This document shows positions 19,090 through 28,586 of a stretch of 64,000 nt of DNA, one piece after another. Numbering within the stretch: the stretch's first letter is position 1; every line of letters starts with the position of its first letter. Under the pieces are notes generated by a model. The model did no database searches. It was not told the origin of the DNA and saw only the letters and a list, made by a program, of their open reading frames with translations. This DNA is from Halorutilales archaeon Cl-col2-1 (GTDB lineage Archaea > Halobacteriota > Halobacteria > Halobacteriales > Afararchaeaceae). The stretch spans positions 1,664,001 through 1,728,000 of the forward strand of contig CP169074.1 of the NCBI GenBank assembly GCA_041891055.1, written 5' to 3'. A program made the translations under genes and the position numbers.

Positions 19090-21579
19090 CTATAGTTGTG
19101 TACTAGATCGAATGTCATCTGGTATTCTTCTTACCTCAGTGTCTGGGGGTATTACCCCATACTCATAACTATACTCTATGTTGATCACCTGAGTTCCTTC
19201 AATTTCACCGTATTCATCCTTAAATCTATGGGGAGGATCGAGAGTTATATCATCACTAACTAACCACCACTTGGGTATAGGGACAGTATATTCTCTGAGA
19301 AAAACGCTCAAGTCCTCTTTACACTCATTGTAATAGTCTTCATGTACTCCACATCTACCATTCCTATCGCAATCATGGAATTCTTTCCATAGGTCACTAG
19401 GTAATGGAGACTCCGAATTGTGATGATATTTGGAAGGCAACATAGAGATACGTCGACTGCTATCCTCACGGATATTCAGATCTTCCGATCCTTCTGTCTC
19501 GTCCTCACCCAACCTTCGTAGCTTTCCATAGAGTAGGTCATTCGAAATAGCATTTCCGAACTGAGTTGTGTTCATATTCATCTTACTTAGATCCACTCCT
19601 GTGTACGATTCTTCTACCCACTTCAGGCTGTCTTTAAAGCTATACATGCCAGCATTCTCGAAGACCTTCTCAGTCTGTTCTAAGATCTTCCACTTCTCTT
19701 TTTCCTCAGGACTTTGATCTTTGTAGCCTGCGTAGGGGTACCACGTATCTGTATCTTCATCCGAAATCGGAGAAAAGACTACACAACGATACTTGTGATT
19801 TTGATCATCCTGTTTGAAGCTTGCACACTGATCACAGTTACAGTCCTCCGAGCTGGGTCTATATCCTTCTCTGTGGAGTCTGCCTGCCCTCTGTATTACT
19901 GCGTCGGCAGGTGCTATATCAGTCAGAAGCAAATCCGCTGAGAGATCGAGACTGATCTCACACACCTGTGTGGATACGAGAAACTGTCTTTCATCCGGAT
20001 TCGAATCTATTCCGAATATATCGCGTATCTCCTCTTCCTTATCTTGCCTATGGTCTTGAGTAAATTCGCTACTATAGTAGGTAACATTCTCACCGTCTTC
20101 CTTTAGATCCCAAGCGAGATCTCTAGCCCCAGATACAGTATTTTTGACTATCATCACCTTCTTCGCGTCACTTTCTTCTAGGTACTCTTGAACTTCGGAG
20201 GTGGTGAGTTCAGAGTTTTCTGTAATAACTTCAAATGCTTCTCTCACTCCCTGATCTTCTTCGAGTATCCCTTCACTCCGGACTTTCTCTGAGCCATCGA
20301 AAGCTCGGTCATTCTGTAGTTGTTGAGGCATGGTGGCGGTCATAACATACCAAGGCACACCAAGATCATCGAGTCTTCTTATCGTCGAAAGTATATGACC
20401 CGTGGTATATGCATCGTAGGCATGTATCTCATCAAATATAACTGCACTTCGTAACACGTTGCCCTTTGCTATGCTTGCCGTTTTGTATCCATTCACAAGA
20501 GAAGAGAGTAGATGGTCAACAGTACAGACTGTCACAGGCTTCTGGAACCATTTTCTTGCTTCTTCACCAAGGTTCTCTGATTTCCAGACCTGTTCTCCGG
20601 TACTTTCGAGGAAACTCTTATCCGCACCGTGGTATAGTGCTGCTTTGCTAGCTTCAATTTCCTCGTCTCCCTTGGTCATTGAAAGCAGAAGATTATTCGT
20701 AGTCACCTGGGTTGGCATCGCAAATATCATTCTGTCTGCTTTCTCTTCTTCTATCATCTTCTGCCCCCACTGGAACGCTGTGTGGGTTTTTCCTTCACCA
20801 CATCCGGCAAGCCCCAAGAGATGATCTGTATCAGTCTCTTCTATTTCTTTTTGGAAAGGTCGGAGTGATGAGAATAGATCTATATCGTCGGAATAGAGAG
20901 TCTCAAACTGGGTTTTTGGGTCTCCGGATTCCTTCGAGCTAACATAATGGTCAGCTTGGACTAAAGCGGAGTGTAAAAGAGTGGAGAGAATACCCACTTC
21001 CAGATAATCAGACTCTGATAGCTCCTTCTTTCGGTACTCACGTAACTGGGATTTAAGGCTTTTTTTCAGGTTAGTATCTATTTCAGTTTCCGGAAGACCG
21101 ATACTCCCGACGTTATCCACCATTTTTTGAGTCCCAGATATAGAATAGAGTCTACTGTTTTCTGGTCTCATTTTGCCCATCGTGAATGGGGTATGGTGAT
21201 GAAGAATAGCAAGAGTTAGAGAAACCCCTTGGTTTATAGGAAGACCTTCATCTCTAGCTTTTGCGAATGCGTAAATCCCACTTCTATCGCTATGAGTGGG
21301 TAAATTTGGTTTCTTGTCTTGTCTTACTGCATTTTTAGCTTCAGACTGCCATTCTTCATGAGCTTTCCCGACATCGTGGTAGAGTCCAGCTAACTCCCCG
21401 CAGTCTAGGATGTCACCGAAATCGGTTTCAAGTTCCCTCGCTATTCTTTTAACAGCATGTGAGTTGAGTATAGATCTCGTTTCCTTCGATACTTCTTCTA
21501 AATGAGTTTTAAGAGTTACTTGGTCGGAGATGGACTTCGAACGATCTAGTTTAGCTATGAGAGGCTGCATCCTCTTCAA
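19090..21579 (-). CDS. cas3: Cas3 HD nuclease-helicase
   Basis: HDVGK, HH, ADH, GEGKT, DEIH, TAT and QRAGRLHR motifs; start may be ATG 21570. Confidence 0.96.
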   Translation of the reverse strand: MKRMQPLIAKLDRSKSISDQVTLKTHLEEVSKETRSILNSHAVKRIARELETDFGDILDCGELAGLYHDVGKAHEEWQSEAKNAVRQDKKPNLPTHSDRSGIYAFAKARDEGLPINQGVSLTLAILHHHTPFTMGKMRPENSRLYSISGTQKMVDNVGSIGLPETEIDTNLKKSLKSQLREYRKKELSESDYLEVGILSTLLHSALVQADHYVSSKESGDPKTQFETLYSDDIDLFSSLRPFQKEIEETDTDHLLGLAGCGEGKTHTAFQWGQKMIEEEKADRMIFAMPTQVTTNNLLLSMTKGDEEIEASKAALYHGADKSFLESTGEQVWKSENLGEEARKWFQKPVTVCTVDHLLSSLVNGYKTASIAKGNVLRSAVIFDEIHAYDAYTTGHILSTIRRLDDLGVPWYVMTATMPQQLQNDRAFDGSEKVRSEGILEEDQGVREAFEVITENSELTTSEVQEYLEESDAKKVMIVKNTVSGARDLAWDLKEDGENVTYYSSEFTQDHRQDKEEEIRDIFGIDSNPDERQFLVSTQVCEISLDLSADLLLTDIAPADAVIQRAGRLHREGYRPSSEDCNCDQCASFKQDDQNHKYRCVVFSPISDEDTDTWYPYAGYKDQSPEEKEKWKILEQTEKVFENAGMYSFKDSLKWVEESYTGVDLSKMNMNTTQFGNAISNDLLYGKLRRLGEDETEGSEDLNIREDSSRRISMLPSKYHHNSESPLPSDLWKEFHDCDRNGRCGVHEDYYNECKEDLSVFLREYTVPIPKWWLVSDDITLDPPHRFKDEYGEIEGTQVINIEYSYEYGVIPPDTEVRRIPDDIRSSTQL

Positions 21580-21649
21580 ATATATTAACTATCTGTCTTT
21601 AAATATTCATCTCCGAAAAGGATTATATGGATCAAAGATTGGTTCTATT

Positions 21650-21729
21650 AGTATAATAGTGCCTAGGTTGGATTGAAATACGAGATGCCCGTGCAGATAG
21701 CTCGACAGAAGGTATTGGCTTCTTTTTCC
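21650..21729 (+). ncRNA. Solitary degenerate CRISPR repeat plus ~40-nt spacer-like segment and T-rich end, divergent from cas3
   Basis: 21650-21679 matches the repeat 24/30 with intact GGATTGAAAT; BRE/TATA-like CGAAAAGGATTATAT upstream; TTCTTTTTCC downstream. Confidence 0.65.
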
Positions 21730-21830
21730 TGACTTCTTCTTCAAGCTCGATTAACCCAACCTTTTCTAACTCAGTACATCGTGATAGGTCGTAACAACAA
21801 TTTCTCTGGCTCTATTAGTGATTCTTAACT
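21700..21830 (-). pseudogene. Possible eroded HVO_A0114-like wHTH fragment
   Basis: Minus-strand frame TELEKVGLIELEEEVRKKKP, interrupted upstream; family resemblance recalled, not searched. Confidence 0.3.
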
Positions 21831-21952
21831 AGCCGATTTTCCTGTAAATTCGGGTAGAAGACCTTGAATATACTCCATATAGACATTAATTCACACTCTC
21901 AATCCATGGTACTATCCGGAAGTTCAAAGTAAAAACGGGTATAACGATAACT

Positions 21953-22567
21953 ATGGCTGAAGTCTGGATGACAGAGGATGAGATACAGGATCTCGAACTC
22001 CAAGCCGATAAGCTCAGAGATAGACTCATAATACAGCTTGGTGCTTACAGCGGTATGAGAATTGGCGAGATTGTAAACCTCCAAGTATCCGACCTAAACC
22101 AGGACACTGTTGATGGAGAACTGAGATACTTCGCGAAGGTTGAGGGGAAGAAGACCGATCAAGAAGCCGAAGGTAAGACAGAGACGAAGACCCGTGACGC
22201 TTGGATAACCCAGGATACCTGGAAAGACCTACAGACCCACATAAACCAGGAGAATCTCACTAATGACGACTATATCATGAACTCCAGATACGGAGGGAAG
22301 ATACACAAAGACAGCGCGAGGAAAATAGTAAAAAGAATTGCTGAGAAAGCCTACGAGCAGACTGAAAAAGAGAAATTCCTTGATGTGAGTAGCCATGACC
22401 TACGACGCTTTTTTGCCCATCATCTGGCTGAAGAAAAGGGTGTTAATATACGTGTAGTTATGGATCTTGGTGGCTGGGAAGATCTACAGACATTTGTGAG
22501 GCACTACTTGGATAAACCAAGTAAGATGACTAAAGCCCAAGAGCTCGATAATGCAGGCTGGAGTTAA
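21953..22567 (+). CDS. Short tyrosine recombinase (catalytic domain only)
   Basis: GMRIGE, HDLRR and LGGW...HY catalytic motifs. Confidence 0.9.
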   Translation: MAEVWMTEDEIQDLELQADKLRDRLIIQLGAYSGMRIGEIVNLQVSDLNQDTVDGELRYFAKVEGKKTDQEAEGKTETKTRDAWITQDTWKDLQTHINQENLTNDDYIMNSRYGGKIHKDSARKIVKRIAEKAYEQTEKEKFLDVSSHDLRRFFAHHLAEEKGVNIRVVMDLGGWEDLQTFVRHYLDKPSKMTKAQELDNAGWS

Positions 22568-22880
22568 GACCCGACAATAGCACGCTCATACTTTCTACTA
22601 CCACCAATATAACTAATTAGCCATTCACGTCTCCTAATTTTGAAAGTACCGAGATCCTTAATTCGTTAATTCCGGACAGCTCAGGGGAATTAGTATTACG
22701 CGATACGAGCGAGGATGTATCCATATGAAGACGTAGATGGATTACTATTAGACAACCTACTTCTGTCGAATAGGAAATATCCCATTTACCCGCCGCTTGA
22801 TGGCATATTTCTAAAACCGCTGTAAGGCGTTGGGTTAATGGACAAGTTAAGTATCTTGAGTACGTGTATAGATTTGTAAA

Positions 22881-23216
22881 ATGACCGTACTGAACTGTAA
22901 TAGCTGTGGTCACGGCTGGAACTACTCCGGAGGTCTTACTGACTACACGACATGTCCTAATTGTGGACATTCAGTAAAGATTCCTTCGGCAGATAGTTCC
23001 AATTTTAAAGCAGAAGACGTCGAAGAGGAAATGGGATCGTTCGAAGAACGTCTCGACCGGTTAGAAGAGACGTTAACGAAGGTACAAGATGACCTCATTA
23101 CTATCGAGGAGAAGATATCAGATAGAGACAAAGCCTCTTCTAAAACCGAGACTGACGAGAAGAGCAACGAGGGAGGTCTATCTCCCTATGACCCTACGAT
23201 GGAATTTGAATTTTAA
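22881..23216 (+). CDS. Zn-ribbon/coiled-coil small protein
   Basis: CNSCGHGW...CPNCG followed by a heptad-like segment. Confidence 0.7.
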   Translation: MTVLNCNSCGHGWNYSGGLTDYTTCPNCGHSVKIPSADSSNFKAEDVEEEMGSFEERLDRLEETLTKVQDDLITIEEKISDRDKASSKTETDEKSNEGGLSPYDPTMEFEF

Positions 23217-23239
23217 AACGACGGGAAGAACTCCTCCTA

Positions 23240-24154
23240 TCACTTCTCGACGTTCTCGACTTCCTCTTGAGTCAAAAGATCCTCGATGTCCATCTTTTCC
23301 TCTATGTCCTCTGTGTCCGGGATCTCGGAAATTCTCTCTTCTTCGTCTTCTGAGTCGTCAGATAGATCCATATCTATCACTTCTACGTTCTTTAGGAAAA
23401 CAGCATCCTCCCACGGTCGAAGTAGGTACGCTCCGGTACCTGCTACAGTGAGATAGGCTATACCGTCTAAGTCGCCTTCTTTCTTTTCGAATTTCCACTC
23501 TGTATTCTCCGGTAAATCTGGAAGACGTGTACTGAACCTACCAAGCTCTTTTTCGACCAAAGGTACGGCGAATTTACTATTTAACTCCGCGGTTAGAAGT
23601 GCGTAAGAAGAGTTCTCGAATATTCCCATGTCGAACTCCACAGTGGCTAAATGTCCATGTGCCTCGTTCTTTTTCTCTACCTTATCCGAAAATCTCTCTT
23701 CAGGAGGCAGTTCATCGAGGTCTTCCTCTTCGTATGATATGACGTTTATCAGCCTCGTCATTTTAAAATCGTCACCAACAACTACGAAATATGCCTTATC
23801 GCCCGAGGTCAGTTTCTCTCCGTCGTGGGTATAGACACACGACATGTCTTTTACTCCTCCGACCAGACGCCCTTCCCAGTATTCCTTGACTAATCTACGT
23901 GCTCTTTCTTCATCTGATAACTCTTGGTTGGGCTCTGTCTCTATGCCTACAACATAGTATGCTGTGGCATTACTGACCTTTACCGAGTCTATCTTCTCCC
24001 CCTTAGACAACTCTTTAAGACGGTTCTTTGCCGTAGTCTTGCTAACACCTGTATGCTCCGCTATCTGGGACGCCGTCCATACCGGACGGCTTCCGCTTTT
24101 CATGAGGGTCAAGACCTCCTCTTTCGTCAACTCCCTGTCTCTTCCGCGTGACAC
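23240..24154 (-). CDS. Winged-HTH domain protein (putative element regulator)
   Basis: N-terminal WTASQIAEHTGVSKTTAKNRLKEL HTH; divergent from the integrase. Confidence 0.7.
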   Translation of the reverse strand: MSRGRDRELTKEEVLTLMKSGSRPVWTASQIAEHTGVSKTTAKNRLKELSKGEKIDSVKVSNATAYYVVGIETEPNQELSDEERARRLVKEYWEGRLVGGVKDMSCVYTHDGEKLTSGDKAYFVVVGDDFKMTRLINVISYEEEDLDELPPEERFSDKVEKKNEAHGHLATVEFDMGIFENSSYALLTAELNSKFAVPLVEKELGRFSTRLPDLPENTEWKFEKKEGDLDGIAYLTVAGTGAYLLRPWEDAVFLKNVEVIDMDLSDDSEDEEERISEIPDTEDIEEKMDIEDLLTQEEVENVEK

Positions 24155-24462
24155 TATTGGCTATTCAATGCCTGTTAACTTAGCTTTTCTGTTCGAACTG
24201 AAACCCCGTTTCAGACATAAAGTTTAAGTCAAGGGATCTCATTAGTAACACTCAGGATGACATAACAAACACAGTGGTAATATCGCGGGAAAAGCTACCT
24301 GACCCCCAGATGCCCACGCCCTACCAAAGCACGGCATCTTTCGAGGGTCGGTGAAATACCCCATCAGAAGGGGTTGTATAGATACACCCATATTTAGAAC
24401 CTCGACCAATTAATGGTTTGGGTTACTCTACTCCTTCTGATGGGTCGTCTAAGACGACCACA

Positions 24463-24594
24463 ATGAAAAACGAAATACGAAACCAGAAACCGACAGAAGG
24501 CGAAAAGAGAACTAACAGAAACGGACGACGGGTACGAATACCTCTCACCTCAGAGATAGCCGGGACAGTGGAAGGGGTGGTTCCGGATGAGTGA
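24463..24594 (+). CDS. Small 43-aa ORF overlapping the integrase start
   Basis: MKNEIRNQKPTEGEKRTNRNGRRVRIPLTSEIAGTVEGVVPDE; overlaps the integrase ATG. Confidence 0.35.
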   Translation: MKNEIRNQKPTEGEKRTNRNGRRVRIPLTSEIAGTVEGVVPDE

Positions 24595-25603
24595 ACTACA
24601 GCCTCTCGAACCTGAGGAAGGGGTTGAGATGTATCTTGATACCCGAGAGGACGAGCTCAGTAGGGAGACGTTACGGAAACAGAAGACGCGTCTCGATGCT
24701 TTTCTGAGCTGGTGTGAGGACAGAGGTATAGAGAACCTCAACGAACTGACCGGCAGAGATCTCCAGCGGTACCGACAGTGGCGCAAGAAGGGCAAGGGGG
24801 ACGGATACGGTAAGGTCAAAAACGTCACACTAAGGTCTAATCTCACTACACTCCGAGTTTTCCTCGAACACTGTGCGAATATCGATGGTGTCGAGAAGGG
24901 GATGCGAGAACGTGTTATGCTTCCTGAGGTGGAGGATGGAACGAAGGACAGTAAGATAGCCGAAGAACGTGTTAGGGATATACTCGATAAACTCGAAACC
25001 TACGAGTACGCGTCTCGTAGGCACGTGATGATATCCCTGATGTGGCACGGTGCTCTACGTATCGGGACTATACGTGCTCTCGACGTCGGTGACTTCGATC
25101 CCGATGAGCCCTGTCTGAAGATACGCCACCGTCCAAGCACAGACACACCCCTCAAGAACCGTGAAAGTGCAGAACGAGATCTTGCTCTCGGTGACTTCTA
25201 CGCTCAGGTTATAGAGGACTACATCGAGGAGAACCGCCATGATGTCCAGGATGACTACGGAAGGCATCCTCTCATAACAAGTACAGAAGGAAGGCTGACA
25301 AAGACTCCATACAGAACTGCGGCGTATAGGGTCTCACTTCCGTGTTGGACAGATGACTGTCCACATGGCAAGCAGCGAAAGACGTGTGAATGGACGAGCC
25401 GCGATAAGCTTAGTCACTGTCCTAGTTCGAAGTCTCCTCACGACTTCCGACGCTCGTCTATCACATACCATCTCAAAGAGAACGTTCCTCCGGAGATAGT
25501 CTCAGACCGTGTCGACGCTACTCCTGACGTAATTGAGAAGCACTACGACAAGAGGAACGAACGCGAGAAGATGCGGACGAGGAAGGAGCTCCTAAACTTA
25601 TGA
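24587..25603 (+). CDS. Tyrosine integrase (haloarchaeal SNJ2-like)
   Basis: ALRIG, TPLKN, CPHG..C..CPSSKSPHDFRR and KHYD motifs; adjacent to att. Confidence 0.93.
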   Translation: MSELQPLEPEEGVEMYLDTREDELSRETLRKQKTRLDAFLSWCEDRGIENLNELTGRDLQRYRQWRKKGKGDGYGKVKNVTLRSNLTTLRVFLEHCANIDGVEKGMRERVMLPEVEDGTKDSKIAEERVRDILDKLETYEYASRRHVMISLMWHGALRIGTIRALDVGDFDPDEPCLKIRHRPSTDTPLKNRESAERDLALGDFYAQVIEDYIEENRHDVQDDYGRHPLITSTEGRLTKTPYRTAAYRVSLPCWTDDCPHGKQRKTCEWTSRDKLSHCPSSKSPHDFRRSSITYHLKENVPPEIVSDRVDATPDVIEKHYDKRNEREKMRTRKELLNL

Positions 25604-25643
25604 GTCGGAACGCGGTCATACACAATACGGTTATAGTCACGCC

Positions 25644-25795
25644 CCCCGCCGGTCCAAAACCTATGTTTTGGAGCATTCGAGAAACGTAGTTTCTCGATAC
25701 GGTCCATACGAATTCTTACGGATTCTTCGGGAACACAAAACCACCATACAGCGACGGCTCCACCCCTCGAAAATACCTTCCCGTGAAAGTGAGTC
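25644..25795 (+). repeat. Right att direct repeat
   Basis: Copy of 7517-7668 (147/152 identical). Confidence 0.93.
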
Positions 25796-25869
25796 CGAAT
25801 AATACAGGGACTGAATGTGAGTAAATAAGACAAAAGACTCTATACACAGTTATGCCAGAGACAGAGGAT

Positions 25870-26367
25870 CTACTCCTCCACTTCTATAACATAGACGTTC
25901 TCCTCGTACGGTTCGCCTTCTATCTCGGTTTCGTTGGTGTCGTCTTTCTCGAAGCCGAGACTCTGGTAGAACGAGTTCCCCACCTGGTTGTCGGCGAGGA
26001 CGAAGACCTTGAGACGTTCGACTCCGAGATCCGAGAGCCTCTCCCGTATCTCGTGTAGGAGACGCGTTCCTATCCCCTTTCTCCTGTGGTCGGGGTCGAC
26101 GTAGAGACGTAGGAGATCGGCTTCGTCTCCGTTAACGACAGCGTGTGAGAAGCCGCCTATCTCGCTGTCTTCTTCGTAGACGAGGAAAGACGAGTCGGGC
26201 ATACGTATCGCGTCCTCGAGTGTCTCAGTCGAGTACCAGTCCTCGACAGTCTCGTCTATCTCTTCCTTGCCGAGTATGTCGGCGTAGGTGTCTTCCCACG
26301 ACCTGTGGGCGACCTCCTGTACCTCGTCTATGTCATCCCTCTCGGCTTCACGTATAGCGTTTCCCAT
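25870..26367 (-). CDS. GNAT family N-acetyltransferase
   Basis: LYVDPDHRRKGIGTRL and N...FY..LGF motifs. Confidence 0.9.
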   Translation of the reverse strand: MGNAIREAERDDIDEVQEVAHRSWEDTYADILGKEEIDETVEDWYSTETLEDAIRMPDSSFLVYEEDSEIGGFSHAVVNGDEADLLRLYVDPDHRRKGIGTRLLHEIRERLSDLGVERLKVFVLADNQVGNSFYQSLGFEKDDTNETEIEGEPYEENVYVIEVEE

Positions 26368-26427
26368 GGGTATAACTGATCGCGGCGCGGTTTAAGTCTT
26401 CCCTCGGTTATCACCTGTCCCCTTCCG

Positions 26428-26553
26428 TCATATTCTTTCGACGTCCTCGCTCCCGCACTGGGGGCATTTCACGAGCTTGTTGGGATTCGCCTGGAAGCGG
26501 TGTCCACAGACCTGACACTCGAAGTAGACCTTGTCCTGATCGACTCTTCTCAT
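26428..26553 (-). CDS. Small CPxCG-related zinc finger protein (41 aa)
   Basis: Manual translation MRRVDQDKVYFECQVCGHRFQANPNKLVKCPQCGSEDVERI. Confidence 0.75.
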   Translation of the reverse strand: MRRVDQDKVYFECQVCGHRFQANPNKLVKCPQCGSEDVERI

Positions 26554-26597
26554 ACTTCCGTCGTATGGGACTCTACTCTTAAAATACTTCCTCCGGT

Positions 26598-27083
26598 TTA
26601 AGCCTGCTTCCAGACCGAAAAATACGATAAGACAGCATGTACAACGAAGACCAAGACTACACTCACAATTATGATAAGGAGTTCATCGATAGAGGTCAGA
26701 ATACCTAATGAAACTATCAGTGTACTCGCACACGCTGGAGGATGAACTGTCTCAGTCTTTGCCATACCCGCGGCGGTTAGTGTGACTGAGGACACACCGC
26801 TCGCCGAGAGTCGTAGTCCCGAAAGTGAAGCGAAGCCGTCGACGTTACCGAGCGTAAGACCCAACGCAAATACTGTATACGCTATCCATCCGGCGACCAC
26901 TCCGATAATGTGCCCTCCCACTACCTGCCGCGCCGAGTTCGTCCTGTCTCGTCTGAACGACAGCATAAACGCCGACGGCCCGAGGCTCGGAAATACAAAA
27001 GGCTGTCCGGTAACCCACGCAACTACACCTGGGATCGAGATCAGAATCCCACAGTAGACTGAGCCCGCCACTTCTTCGTCCAT
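26598..27083 (-). CDS. HPP family membrane protein
   Basis: FPSLGPSAF, VVGGH and HPPACASTL motifs. Confidence 0.9.
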   Translation of the reverse strand: MDEEVAGSVYCGILISIPGVVAWVTGQPFVFPSLGPSAFMLSFRRDRTNSARQVVGGHIIGVVAGWIAYTVFALGLTLGNVDGFASLSGLRLSASGVSSVTLTAAGMAKTETVHPPACASTLIVSLGILTSIDELLIIIVSVVLVFVVHAVLSYFSVWKQA

Positions 27084-27129
27084 CTCCCCAAGGAAAGTTC
27101 GCACAGATACGTGAAGATTATTTAGTCAC

Positions 27130-27489
27130 TCACCGGTTCAGAACCGGATCACGCAGTGACTCGACCTCCGACATTACCGCGTCTATCTTCTCCTCGTCTA
27201 CGTCGTTGATCTCGAACGCCTCTTTGAGATGCGTCGCTATGATGTCGAACTCCCTGTCGCCGATACCCATTCCCTCGTGTGCCTCACGCATGTCGTCGCC
27301 CGTGTACTCTACGGGACCACCCGCGACCGAACTGATGAACTTAGCCTGGTGTGCCCTCTGTCTCTCCATGTCTGTGTCCTCAAAGTAGACGTTGACTCTG
27401 TCGTCCTCCATCACGAGGTCGTAGAAGTCGTCGACTACCGTCTGTATGGCTTCCTTTCCACCTATGTCGTCGTAGAGCGTCTCGCTCAT
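27130..27489 (-). CDS. Group I truncated hemoglobin
   Basis: LYDDIGG, FY, GGP.EYTG and M.EAH motifs. Confidence 0.93.
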   Translation of the reverse strand: MSETLYDDIGGKEAIQTVVDDFYDLVMEDDRVNVYFEDTDMERQRAHQAKFISSVAGGPVEYTGDDMREAHEGMGIGDREFDIIATHLKEAFEINDVDEEKIDAVMSEVESLRDPVLNR

Positions 27490-27526
27490 ACTTCCAAATC
27501 GAGCCGAGATCCCGTAGTGGTTTCCG

Positions 27527-27538
27527 CGAACATGTTCG
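27527..27538. promoter_or_regulatory. CGAA-N4-TTCG palindrome between divergent globin and regulator genes
   Basis: CGAACATGTTCG, perfect palindrome. Confidence 0.65.
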
Positions 27539-27580
27539 CCCCATTTTTGTACTCAGAGGATCAACATCGTACAGATACAG

Positions 27581-28195
27581 ATGCCACGTTCGAGGATCAG
27601 GATACACGTTCCCGGCGACGGAGGTGTGAAACACGTCTCGAAGTCGTACCCCGACTCGACCTTCAAGGTCGTCTCAGTCCTTCCGAGGGACTCGAACGGA
27701 AAGGGACTCATCGAGATAGAGTCCGACGACGTCGAGAGCATACTCTCCGAACTCAGCGAGAGAGACGACGTAGACGAGGAGACTCTTCACGTCACCAACT
27801 CGGAGGCTGTCGTCGAGTTCGAGGTTCCTGAGCCCAAACTCATGGTCGCGGCTCGGAGAACCGGAGTACCCCTCGAAACACCGTTCGAGATACGTGACGG
27901 TGAGGCAGTCTGGACAGTCCGAGCCGACCACTCGAGTCTGTCCGACCTCGGCTCTTTTCTCGACCAAAACGGGATAGAGTACGACCTTGAGTACATGAAG
28001 GAGATAGAGACCGAGCGACGACTGACAGAGAGACAGAGAGAAGTCCTTGAGGTCGCAGTCGACGAGGGGTACTACGACGTCCCACGTGAGGCGACTCTCA
28101 CCGAGGTCAGCGAAGTTGTGGGAATATCGAAGTCGTCGTGTAGCGAGATACTCCAGAGGGCGGAGTCGAGAATAGTCCCCGAGTTCGTCGAGTAG
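27581..28195 (+). CDS. Bat/HTH_10 family regulator (NarO/DmsR-like)
   Basis: LTERQREVL..A...GYYDVPREATL motif. Confidence 0.9.
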   Translation: MPRSRIRIHVPGDGGVKHVSKSYPDSTFKVVSVLPRDSNGKGLIEIESDDVESILSELSERDDVDEETLHVTNSEAVVEFEVPEPKLMVAARRTGVPLETPFEIRDGEAVWTVRADHSSLSDLGSFLDQNGIEYDLEYMKEIETERRLTERQREVLEVAVDEGYYDVPREATLTEVSEVVGISKSSCSEILQRAESRIVPEFVE

Positions 28196-28498
28196 CTACG
28201 TTTTACACAGAACCACGAGTAGGGACGAGTCGATCTCGGCTTCGAGCGAGACGGCTTTCCCTCCTTCGAATGTAGCCACGTCGTCCTCTTCGAGTATGTA
28301 ACTCTCATCTCCAATCTTCGCCGCCAGTCTACCCGAGACGATATGTACGACGACCTTGTAACCTTCGTGTCTGTGTGGGGGAAGCTCCTCGCCCTCTGAG
28401 AGCTTAATCCGGACTGTCTTAGGATAGACTTCGGAGCCGAATACGCGTGAACTTCTCTCGTCGGGCAGCTCCGACAGGTCGGTTATCTCTACAGACAT
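28196..28498 (-). CDS. Cupin domain protein
   Basis: LPPHRHEG...SG motif; likely start MSVEI at 28498. Confidence 0.8.
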   Translation of the reverse strand: MSVEITDLSELPDERSSRVFGSEVYPKTVRIKLSEGEELPPHRHEGYKVVVHIVSGRLAAKIGDESYILEEDDVATFEGGKAVSLEAEIDSSLLVVLCKT

Positions 28499-28535
28499 GG
28501 GTGGTCTTTCGTCTCGATGCGGATAGCTACTTCCC

Positions 28536-28547
28536 CGAACATCTTCG
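28536..28547. promoter_or_regulatory. Second CGAA-N4-TTCG box between divergent cupin and membrane protein genes
   Basis: CGAACATCTTCG. Confidence 0.6.
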
Positions 28548-28586
28548 GCGTAGACCGTATACCTCTGTGGTGAGTAGACACGTGGG

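Larger units (their letters stand above)
7517..25795. mobile_element. tRNA-Ala-integrated element (~18 kb) carrying CRISPR-Cas I-B, two tyrosine recombinases and a putative Rep
   Basis: Flanking 152-bp direct repeats starting in the tRNA 3' end; integrase next to the right repeat; visibly more AT-rich than flanking genes. Confidence 0.92.

Noticed and set aside
21680-21720. Solitary-repeat guide as a CAST-like homing spacer for tRNA-Ala
   Set aside because: No match to the tRNA or att; no Tn7-like tns genes; integration is explained by the tyrosine integrase
24303-24318. Partial match (AGATGCCC) of the second guide upstream of the integrase
   Set aside because: Mismatches at seed positions 1 and 3 and no CCN PAM
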